A model generated the notes under the pieces. The model searched no databases. It saw nothing but the letters and a program-made list of their open reading frames with translations, and was not told the origin of the DNA. Shown piece after piece: positions 1-11,900 of a DNA stretch of 52,641 nucleotides. The stretch's first letter is position 1. Each line of letters opens with the position of its first letter. The stretch comes from Catajapyx aquilonaris. Lineage: Eukaryota. The position numbers were made by a program, and so were the translations under genes. The stretch covers positions 124,001 to 176,641 of the forward strand of contig KZ537994.1 of assembly GCA_000934665.2 (NCBI GenBank). Reading direction: 5' to 3'.

Positions 1-2404
1 GAGCTGGAATACACAGCACTTACTTCTCGCCCAACACGAAGATGTTGGCTGAAACCATCCTGTGGGCTATGCTGTGCATATTTCCGTCTTTGACCATGAT
101 GCAAGGCCTGATAAACCTGTTCACGCTGAGCCTGAACAACCACCGCTGCCAGTTTATACCACATTCTTTGGTGGCCATGGCATGCTCCTTCCTGCAGAGG
201 AGCGGAGAGGATGTGATGGGACAGACCTGTGCCGATGTGACAAAACACACCAATTTTGCTTGCTGCAGTAAGAATACCGCAAACACAGAGGTCTTCTTCA
301 GCTTCGCCATGCCCATGGATCGACTGCACATGTGGGGCAGTAACTGCTTCTTTCCCGAACGTATAGATGATGGCAAAGTCGAGGACAAAGTTAATTGCGA
401 ATATCACTTCCCGGCCAATGTCCCTGGAATGATGGCGATCTTCGCCATGCTTGTGTTTCAAGCTCTCTTCTACTTCCTGTGTGTATTGCTCATTGAAAAG
501 GGGATCTTCAGGCATTTGTATAATTACGTAAGTACCCTGATTCAGTGCATGTCCAACGTCCAGGTCAGCATTAAATGTGTAAAAGGCAGACTATACACTG
601 TCCGCATACCACCAGCAAAATGCGGATAGTCCTGTCGCGTCGTAGTGCCTTGCAAAACACACCATCCTTTTTTTTCAATCGCGTAGTCCAGCTTGCATGA
701 ACGACTATAGGCTATGTCTAGTTACAATGCGCAATCAGAGATGTTCTTTATACAACCAGCCAGCCCTGTGAATGAGTAGCGGAAAGAAGCACTTTTCTTT
801 CCGCTACTCGTTCATCCTGGAAGTCTGGTTACCCAGCGACCAACAGAGGCACACGGGTGGCTCTGAAGAGTTAGGATAATCGCCAGGCAATTACGCGTAC
901 TGGTGTACTACAGTACAATGCTGTAGGCCTACAGTACAATAACCTACAGGAGAAACCAATCCTTAAATTCTCAGGTCAAAGTTCGTTTTCCTTGACGAGT
1001 TGACGCTTCGATGACGCGGATTCTTATATCTGTCTCCTGACAGATTCTCGGCAAGAAGAATACCCTGCAGCCATACCTCGGGATGTCCCTCAGCTTCGAG
1101 CCAGGTGTCCGTCAGGAGCGCGTGGCCGTGAGCGGCTTCGTGCGTCGAGGAGGCCTGCACCAGAGGGCCCTGGTCCTGTACGAGATGACCAAAGTGTACA
1201 AGAAGAAGACGGCCTGGAGGGGCAGTGGGGATTGGCGCAGCCTGGGGTACCCTCTGTACAACTTGAGTCTGAGCGTGCAGCACGGGGAGATCGTCGGGGT
1301 GGTGGGGCCAGTAGGAGCAGGAAAGACCACCCTGGTGAGGATTCTGACTGGTCAGACCACCCAAACCCACGGGGACGCCTTCCTCTTCGGCACCAGCCTG
1401 CAGTCGGATCCGAACAAGTTCCTGTCCATGGTTGGGTACAGCCCCGCGCACGAAGGGCTGGTCACAGAGATGACCGGGAGGGAGACGGTGGCCCTGATGG
1501 GCCAGCTGAGGGGCGTTTGCGGGAGGAAGCTGAAGCACGAGATTAGCAGGTGGTGCAAGGACTTTGGCATCCTGGAGAAGGAGCTGAACAGGGAGTGCAG
1601 GCTGATGGGGGTGGCGCACAGGAGGATCCTCAGCATCTTTAGCGCGGTGGTGGGACGGCCTCCTCTGGTGGTGCTCCACGAGCCCACCAAAGGTCTGGGG
1701 CCAAGGGCCAAGGCCAGACTCCTCGCGGCTCTCCTAAAGAACAAGAAGAAGTTTCGGGCCTGTCTCGTCGTTTCCAGCAGGTATGACAAATGTCCTGAAT
1801 GTTCATGTAGCACTTGCTTCAGGTAGGTCCTATTCTAAGACCATTCTTAACATGCATTGGCAAATACATTTAGATGACATTATGAGTTGTGATGGGTTAT
1901 AAACGCCTGCCAGTTATATCTTCCAATTAATAATACATATGGAATTTCATGCAGCGTGGAAGACTGCCAGAACCTGTGCCAGAGGATAGGAGTGATGATA
2001 GATGGATACCTCATGTGTCTGCAGTCTCCAGAAGAATTGCAGGTCATGTTTGGAACTGGCTACTTGGTGAAGCTGCTTCTGCACCTTCCCACGCTGGTTG
2101 ACGCACCCTATCAGCTCCAGCAGTTGTGCAAAGACATGGCTTATCACTTCCGGCCCTGCCACATAATCGCCGAGGGACCAGTAAGTCTTTTTCAAAAATC
2201 AAGGAGCGTGGCGTGCATCTCTTGTATTGTTAATATTTGCAGGCTCACATGTTCTACCACCTGAGTAATCCTGAGCTCGACCCTTCGGCCGTGTTCACTA
2301 CAATGGAAAGCTTTCGCCAGCAATTCCGTGTCTTGGAGGACTACACAATCAATGAAAGTAGCGCACAGGCACTGTTCAACATAAGCCACCTGCCAACCCT
2401 TTAA
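1..2404 (+). CDS. ABCA-subfamily transporter, 3' part (end of TMD2, NBD2, C-terminal regulatory domain); 5' end outside window
   Basis: Exons <1-527, 1044-1780, 1955-2180 and 2243-2404 join in frame through GT-AG introns and end at TAA. The translation has Walker A GPVGAGKTT, an 'EMTGRE' motif, 'EDCQNLCQRIGVM' and 'LEDYTINE', all typical of ABCA NBD2 and C-terminus. Confidence 0.9.
754..830. repeat. Small hairpin/MITE-like inverted repeat in ABCA intron
   Basis: TGAATGAGTAGCGGAAAGAA (769-788) pairs with 795-814; outer AACCAG/CTGGTT. Confidence 0.6.
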
Positions 2405-2947
2405 GCTGTAAGGCACATCAACTCCCATAGCCCCGCCCTATGGTACCTGTACAAGTAACCCTTACTTTAGGAAAACCTATTTTCCTGCGAGGGTGTAAGT
2501 TGATCCTGTCCTTTTCTACCACTGTCCTCCCTCAAGGCTCAATTTATTCCTCTCTGTACCTTCCCACTTCCAGTGGTCATCCAAGGTAAAATGCTCCGCT
2601 GCATGAAGTGCACTGAGGTCGGAGAAGTCTGGCTTCATTGTGTATACGTTACACCATTACAAAAGGGGCCTATTACCCAGATCTGTTACTGCAGTGCCAA
2701 ATATGGTAGCAGAGAAGTAGGCTATGAAGTAGACTGTAGAACAGATTGTTGGACAATAAATGTGTTCACTTTTAAATATTTATGTACTGCCAAGGCTGGT
2801 CCTTATGTACTGAATTTTTTTACAGCGTCGTACGACAGAACTTCCCCTTCATTGCTGCATACTATTGCTTGACTTTATCTGGATGCTTCATAGGACAAAC
2901 AAACAACTGATAAACACTACACTGAAACACTCATTCACATGCCCCAA

Positions 2948-5900
2948 TCATTTATTGCTCCATTCAACTTCTTGAGTGAATAGCTCCCGAGGGGTGAAGT
3001 TCCTCACGTTGTAGGATTTAAGGAACACATACCTGCTTCTGAGTTCTTCCATCTTGATAACTACTTGCATACTAGACAGTAGCACAGTGTTCACGTGATA
3101 ATTCATTTGTGACTAAAAGTATACAAATCAAAAAGCTTACATTGAGAAATGATTGCATAACACTTGAAAACAATAGCATTGAGCACAAAATTTAGAAATC
3201 AAGGAATGAGGTTATCATCTAAATTCAGTAACAGGAACTAATGTGTTAATAATAATAATTCATGAGAGCAGCAACAATGTGTTAAGTTTGGAGCTTCTTA
3301 CCTCATTTTCCATAAGCAGAGTGCAAGGTTTGAAACTTCTCTGAAAGTCTTGCCGTAGCTGATGAAGATCTTGGGATGAACTTAAAGCACAAGCTGACTG
3401 GAGCTGAATATTAATGAGGAATCCTGGTTCGCTTATGTTATCTAGCTTGTGTGTGGGAAGCAGGCACCACAGCACTCCACTGCTTAAAATTCCCACTCGA
3501 TGACACACCTGGTCACAGTCCTCCATGCTGGTATATGAGGAAGAACAGCTGAACTTCATTATTATGTCAAAGTATTATATTCGAAACCATCTTGTGATTA
3601 ACTTTTACAATCATTATGCAACAGTAACGGAGCCATTAGGAAATGTTGGCAGTTACTGCACAGAAAGTCAAGGTCAAAGGGAGGTTGCTTATTGAGACAA
3701 ACTGCTTCCCATGTTTCACTTGTACAGGGTGGACGGAAAGTTTCGGACCCTCCCAGGTTTTTTAACCCTACTTTTCACAGCGTCTTTTCACATCTTTTAA
3801 AAGTCCACAAGCAGTTCTAATGTACACTATCTTTTGAAGCATAATCTTGAGAACATATGAGCATCTTCGCTCTCGCAATTCCATTAATAACGTCACCTCT
3901 GTGACTCATCTAAGCATCCTATCTGTTTTGCGTTTATTTTGCTTGTTACCTTGGAGGACCCCTGGTCACCCCTGCGTCAGTTAAGGTTTTTATGACCCTT
4001 TTCCATGAGTTCCCCTTCATGCAAATGTTGTGAACTCACTCCTGACCTTATTTTTCGCATTGGTCCATAACCTGGTCCAATAAAAATTTGAAAAGGAATG
4101 CATGAAATGGCGGACCCGGATGCATTACTTTCGAATTGGTACCGTCACATTTGTCTCCATTTTTACTTTAAAATAATTTTTTGGTGGGAAAGGACAGTAA
4201 ACAGTCCTGCCTTGGTACATTAATCAACATGACACATCCTTTCGTTCACGTCCTTTCGCACCAAAAAATTATTTTAAAGTAAAAATGGAGACAAATGTGA
4301 CGGTACCAATTCGAAAGTAATGCATCCGGGTCCGCCATTTCCTGCATTCCTTTTCAAATTTTTATTGGACCAGGTTATGGACCAATGCGAAAAATAAGGT
4401 CAGGAGTGAGTTCACAACATTTGCATGAAGGGGAACTCATGGAAAAGGGTCATAATAACCTTATCTGACGCGGAATATGACCAGGGGTCCTCCAAGGCAA
4501 CAAGCAAAATAAACGCAAAACAGATAGGATGTTTAGATGAGTCACAGAGGCGAAGTTATTAATGGAATTGCGAGAGAGAAGGTGCTCAGATGTTCTCAAG
4601 ATTATGCTTCAAAAGATAGTGTACATTAGAACTGCTTGTGGACTTTTAAAAGATGTGAAAAGACGCTGTGAAAAGTAGGGTTAAAAAACCTGGGGGGATC
4701 CGAAACTTTCCGTCCACCCTGTAGTTAGACAGCATTCATTATCATGTCAGCAGAACTATTCCTGTGGACACTTGCCCCATTTCCCAGAGTTGCTGCCACT
4801 TACTGACAACCAAGGCATGGAAGCAATCATCTGCAAACCTCACATGAAATGATATCGCATTTAGAGTGTATTCATTCTTTCGGAAATTTATCAATTATTA
4901 CTAGTGTTTGGTGCAGTTGGACAGTTGAAACGTGCTACTACGAGGCCCTCCAACAACCACACGAAACCTTTAGAGCTAAACATCAGTTCTGATGACTGTA
5001 CGGTACCTGGAAGTGACCAAAAGGCTGGCCAGAAAAGTTGGTGTGAATTTTCTAAGGACTGCCCAGAGCCTGTTTCTGGCATTGCTTTCCAGTCCCTCTG
5101 TAGGTCCCTGAAGCAGAAGCATGGGTGGACTGCCCACTGCAGCTACCATGACACTCAGGAAGCGCCTGTGAGGCAATTCCAAGTCGTCACAGCGATAGGC
5201 CAATTGCTCTTTAGTCATGCCCAGAGCTTCAGCCCATTTGGACACCTCAGCTGTGATCTGCCTTCTCTTGGCACCTCTCATCTGACCAACCAAGTGCAAC
5301 ATCTCCAGCCCTGTCAGATCCCCAATCAGACCACCCTCTGTGGAACTCAGACCCATAAGTGAAAGGAACTGTAGCAAAAAGAGAGATATATATAGTGCCA
5401 TTAGCGAACAAAATATGAATTAGATAAATTGTTTGTTAGTACTATCAATACAACTGTTACATTCCTGTATGGAGGCTAAATTCCATACTTTTGGCCGAGT
5501 GAAATTGCCAATGGCCAATACAATTTATAAAATAAATACAACTTCATTACAAACTTTCTTTGGCTGTCGGTTGAGGCTGTAGCCAAAAAGCACTGCATCG
5601 CCATATGAAGGTTTACGTTGACCAGTAAGAAGGCGAACAAGGGTAATCAGTCCAGAACCTGGATGACCACAGATTCCTAGGCACTCCCCAAATCGTATGC
5701 TAAATGTTAAATTGTTGATCATTTCTTCTCCGCCATGTGTTCTGTAGAGTCCATGCACAACTAGAGCTCTTTGATGCAAATTTTCTGAAGGAAAAAAAAA
5801 GTGTAATGCAGCTGGTCTGTTCATAACATTCAAACTATTTTACTCATGATTAACAAAGTTATGTCCACAATAATAACATGCAGCAAATAAGGCAGCCTAT

Positions 5901-8900
5901 GTAACAAATGCTCATATTCTTACAACCATAGCATATATTTTCAAGAGTACTGGTACTACACTTACGTGACCGTATTAATTCAGTGACAATGTGATTCTCC
6001 TCCTGCACTCCTTTACGGTACTCTCGTAATGTTCTGGTACCCATCAGTGGTAGTGGTTGCCTTTTAAAATTCCACCATTTCCTGTACTGTATTCCTTTCT
6101 CTAAAAGAATTAGTAGAGTGAAATAGGCAAGTATCTGTCCTGCTATTACAACCATATCTTCCAATAATCCATGACATGCCACTTCTTGAAATCCTGTGTA
6201 ACTTGTGTCTATCTGAGCAAATGATACCCATGTCAAAATTCAGGTACAAAAATTTTACAAGAGTCTGGACAAATTAAACAACAAGAACATTCAATATGTG
6301 AGGCGTGTGCTGCATGAGCTTTGTAATAATACCAACTTCAAACACCAATTGGGGCTAAAACAAGGCTAAAGAATGAGAAAATTCAAGATGGAAGTTTTAT
6401 GCAGATTTTATATACACCAAGGCAAGGAACCCCAACGAATTCACTGTAAAACTAGTGATGTACCTCTTCTCCAACACTATTTTACAAAAGAGTACATCAA
6501 GAGAATGCTATCTGCAGCTGTATACTTGCAATGAAACATAGCTTTACAGTAAACTCACTGGAACTCTGGCCGAACTGTTGTTATTGCTTGTGGTGATGCC
6601 AGAGTATGCATGCTTGACCGTCACATGGTGCAAGCGTTTTAGTACTTTCTTACCTGCGCATATCTCACAGACTTGCTGTCCCACATGTACAATTTCTCCA
6701 AGTTAATAGTCCACGTAAAATATGGATGTGACATGAGAGTTTGAATCTCTGGTTCTGCAAGATATAAATTATATACATAAATGTTAACCCAACCTTGTTA
6801 TCGAGTTACAGGTGTAGTACATACTGCAACAAGCGTAGTTTGTGCGATTCATGGTCACTTTTTCTGGTAATCCTGCTGTAGGTGGCAAGTAATGGCATGC
6901 TGTTTCCAGCAATTCCTTTGGAATCAAGGAACATCGGGCATTATGTAATAGCAGAGTAAAAAAATCTATCAGTGCCTGTGTTATCAAAAAGTAAGGGAGA
7001 ATGAGAAATGGCCAACGAATGTATTGAGCAAAAGTGGATGTACTGGCCACTTCTTCCAATCCATGGATCCCAACTGCTGTCATAATTCCTGAAATAAATC
7101 ATTGTACTCTGAATATCTTTTACTACGATCCATCTCCTAATCATGTACCTGTAATCGAGTGGAAAAAGGTGAGAAACATGAGAGCAGTCCATTTGCTGCT
7201 GTCCTTGTTTTGACGACAGAAACTGAAGACATAGGAGAATATTAGGCTGGATGCACCTGACAGCAGCAGGACTACTGCGAAAGCAACTAGTGGTTGGAAG
7301 AAACACATGCATTAAAGTGGAAAAGCTTTTTTGTAATATTATGAATATTAAAATGGTTAGTTCAAAGGCTACACTATTTTTTACATTGTAGATGAAGTTT
7401 TGATAGGAAACATACATATTCGTTCTTCTCGTAATACATGTTCAATATACTGTATGCGCCAATACAAATACCCTTCTTTTTATATCCTCCTGAGACCTGA
7501 TGTCCAATATATTGGACATCAGCAAAAAAAAAGGAGTCAACTCAAATATTGACACCATTTTTTTTTTTGGACATCAGGTCTCAGGAGGATATATAACATA
7601 ATATGTACTGTGTACATTATATCACATACTGTTCAAGTACATAGCGACGTAATCCAGGGCCTATAGTACGTGTATGTCTACCGATATTGTCCAGCATGCC
7701 AGGGCAATTCTGAATATGACCTTTTTCCTCCCCAGAAATCTTGAACAACAATTCCGAAAAAATATCACCAGTCATTTTCCTTCTTTGGACACTTCACGCT
7801 CCACCAAAACAGGCTAAGGGTAACAGGAGTAGTAAATCCATTTGTCTTTTCGGGCTAAAAATTAAGAGTTGGAGGACCCTACCACGTTTACAATGAGATA
7901 ATGATTTGTAATCAACCTATTCCATGCCTGTCTTACGGCATCAATGGAAAGAAGATCTGGCTTGCCTGATGGTTATACGTCTTGTATCATGCAGACATGA
8001 GTAGTGTACTGTACTAGTTAACAGCTATACTGACCAATGGATTTGTCGCTGAAAAATCTTCTCTCTGAATCACAAAGTGTCACGAGCCCAACAACTCCTG
8101 CCACTATGAGAATCCAGATGACGAAGTCACATATCAATTTTGTAGACCAAAAGAGGGCAGGACATGCACCAGCCATATGCAGCACTCTATTTGCAAGGCT
8201 CTGTCTATCTTTCATGGGTCTCACCAGAAAAGTTGATAACATATTTGCCATTCCCAGTGCTAGGACCACCGAGGCCATCACACTTGTCCTTGACAGCATT
8301 GAAAATGAAGCAGCGTCAAAAAACATCCTCTGAAAAATAGTACCATTCTTAGCAGAAGTACGTATATTTTTAGACCAAAACATCAGGTGTGTGGCACGAA
8401 AATACAAGATTGTCATTCAATTCGATAAATTAATAAATTAATAAATGCAAGTTCTTATTCACTTACTTCAATTTCTGAAAAATCTAAAAGAGGATGATCA
8501 TAGGTGGTGATTTGGGCATCAATTCCTGCCAGCTGCTTCAGGTATACATTGGCAAGAATATTGAATCCTACAGCAGAACTCTGTGGATAATATGGGTTGT
8601 ACATTATGCGGCTAAGTAATAACCCACTGGTGCTTTTGTAGAGTCCAATGCCACCCAAGCAATTTTGCCGATAAGTATCCGGATCAGTTTCACTTAGGTT
8701 GTGAAAATTTCTCCACTGGGCATTTCCTATTTCTCTTGCTTCCATTTTGCTCGTGCCATATTCTTGCATCTGAGTTATGTAATAATCAGAGATATTCTCT
8801 GGAAAATCTTCACTCAAGACTATTTGAAACAGTGCTCTTGAAGGGATCAAATCTGTAGACAACTTCAGTGGAGAATAACTCAGAATTACATTTTTGGGTT

Positions 8901-11900
8901 CTGCACTCTGCACAGTCGCAAAAGCAAGGCGGGAGGCAGCAAGTAGCAACACGACCTAACAATGGCCAAGAACACCTGTTAATCTGGAAATATTTCAACT
9001 AGACTTATCTACTTACTTGTAGTGTGTAGAACATTATTTGCCTCCAGATAGTTTTATAATGCAGGCATATCAGAAGCAAGATTTTCATCAAAATTCCACA
9101 TACTCTCATATTTGATGTGTTACCTGTAAATTAAGTTTAAATTCAGACTTACATTAACATGGGTCAGTCTGGATATGTTTCTATAAAATTATTGCAATGC
9201 AAGGACAAAATTAATCCACTTTTCACTAATTCTGTAATATGTAGGCTGTTGAAAGATTTCTCCTTCTTATAATCGATTAGTTCTTGCAGCTATGGTTTTT
9301 AAAGGCCCAGTCTGTTATGCAACGCTTGATCATCAATTGACTTCTAGGATGATTATATATTTTAAAATTATCATGAGCATCAACAATAACTAAATGAGAC
9401 TGAACCACTCTTACTTATGCAGACATACCGGTAGTATACACATCGAAACAAATCTGATTTAACTTAAATTAATGATACAAGAGATTAAAATTTATTGAAT
9501 TTCACTCACCATGATATGCGGCACTAAGAGCAGTTTCCTGAGAAAGAAGTTTGTGATACTGACTTTCATCCATTTTAAGGCCCCTTCCTTCAGGAATAAA
9601 CCTGTAAATATGTGACACTAGATCCAATACAAACAGAAATATGGATACAAATATGTAATACTACAAGAGAGTCTACATACTCATAAAAGAGATCCTTGAG
9701 ATTAATTTTGGTAAGTGACAACTTGGCAATTCCTAGCATTTTAGATTCACTCTGAAGCAGGTCAAAAAGGCGAGAAAAGTGCAATCTCTCACACTCTGGC
9801 AAAAAGTATAGTTCTTCCCTCTCCATTCCCTGTGAACTTCTTTCTCTGCGACTGCCAGGTACGTATCTCTTCACAATTGAAGAAATTCGTTTTACTTCAC
9901 ACAAAGAGTCCTTTTTAATTTGCAAGAGAAAGCCAGAGCCTGAAAATAAGTGATTTATTTTTAGAAGTTTTGCCATAATCACCTCATGATTGACAATGTG
10001 TAACTTTCATTTGGTATTTGCAACAAAAGCAATTGCATACAATATGAATTTGCTATTTATGATGTCTCAATACTAAGCCACACATGTAGTTTCACTTACA
10101 TGTTTGATCATGGAAATTTGTTTAAGGCAGTAATAAAATAATATTTGGGGTTACCTAAATGATTTTTGACATAACGAGTCCTTCCATGACAAAGTACACT
10201 CCCTTTGTCTATTGCAATTATGCAATCACCAATCTCGAGGGCTTCCTGCAAGTTTCTGGTAGCCATCAACACAGTTGAGCTACCTATACAATCCTGAAAT
10301 GTACAGCTTTTCATGTCAACATCTCTTTAGAACTATATAGTTACTGCCGGTACCAAAAGGTCAAAATATTATTGAAACAAAAATAAAGCCCAAAACAATT
10401 CCCCCTTTTTTTGCTTATCCATGTAAGATCCCGTCCTTCTGGCACAAGCTGCAGGTATTCAGAAATTCTTGTACTAGTGTTTGATAGCATTTAACTTGCC
10501 AATCAAACCCTACTTATTACAATTAACACTATTACACTAATATACTCACAGATATGCTTGCCCAAAGATCCTTTATTGACATATCGTCAAGTCCTGCTGC
10601 AGGATCATCAAGAAGAATCACCTGAATGAAAACAGTGATGTTTTAAAACACTACAGGAAGGTCCCAGTCCACGAACGGGGTTACATTTCTGAGAACTTTC
10701 GTAAGTCGGATTTGTAAAAGTTAGCAATATAATGCTTCAAAGTTAACATACCATACATTACTTACATATTTCTATATTTCAATATATTCTTAGAGAGCAC
10801 ATACTTAAATGAATGGCTGTTTTGCAACATGGTATTGGCACATTCCTTGTAACCTAGCCTATTACTAGTACGGGTATAGTCCTTACCTGTGGTTCTCCAA
10901 GGAAGGCCACACATAAAGAGAGTTTTTTAAGAATGCAATGTGGAAGTTCCTTTGGCTGTACGTGGCGAACTTTTATCAGCCTGAAAAGTCGCAGGCATTT
11001 GTTTACTACCCTCTTCTTGTCTGCCACTGGCACACCTTTCATCTGTATCAGTAAGAAAAGAGCAGCAAAAGGTTTTGTGCAACAATGACATACTGGTTGA
11101 TACACCATGCAGGCTAATTATTATAGAGACTGTAAAACTATGTCTGATGCTTAGGCTGCAGGTTACATTATGGAGTGCTTACGCAGCCCATAAGAACAAA
11201 ACAGGAAGGTGACGTAGTTCACCGCCAGTACTGAAAACATTAATACTTTTTCGCATTATTTATCTGTGGTACCTGAGCAAAGAAATGTAGATTTTCTTCA
11301 ACAGTTATATGCTCTGCAAAACATTTAGCTTCTTGAATATAGTATCCAAAACAGTGTCGTGGTAGCTTCTGCAACTCCCTCTGTCTGTCATTTGCAATCA
11401 TATATGCCAATCCACTCTTTGCATAATTGGTACCTGCACAAAATATTCACTTTAACAAAAAATTACACCAACTTTCCATTGCTAATAAGGTTCATCTCAC
11501 CTGCCAAGAAGTTTAAAACTGTGGTTTTACCAGATCCAGATGGCCCCAGCAAGACAGTGACTTCTCCTTGCTTTGCCACAAAATTAAGGTCACTGACAAT
11601 TTTTTGCCCACATAATTCTACAGTAAGGTCTTCCACATATACACCAGGAATGGATATATGGAAAGTGCCATCCCATTCTGCACATTCTTCGTGGAATGGG
11701 CCCCACCCAACTGAAGGGGGCCATGAATCTTGATCATACATTCCTATCTCATCTCCTTTTGTGGATGGATTAACCTTGGTGCTACTCTTTTTCCTTGCTA
11801 CGCACTGAAAATATAAAGTCTGAAATTAGTATTTAATAACAACAAATCAACTAGATAAACCCAATGATTGGTACAATCAAAAACAGTACCCTGCAGCACA

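Noticed and set aside
963..1813. 238-aa and 153-aa antisense ORFs
   Set aside because: They are shadow ORFs of the GC-rich ABCA exon on the opposite strand.
8956..8958. Apparent in-frame TAG between the two halves of the - strand ABCA
   Set aside because: It is the splice acceptor of a 61-nt intron; exon 9123-9017 ends in phase 0 (…IWRQIMFYTLQ|VVLLL), so the frame is intact.
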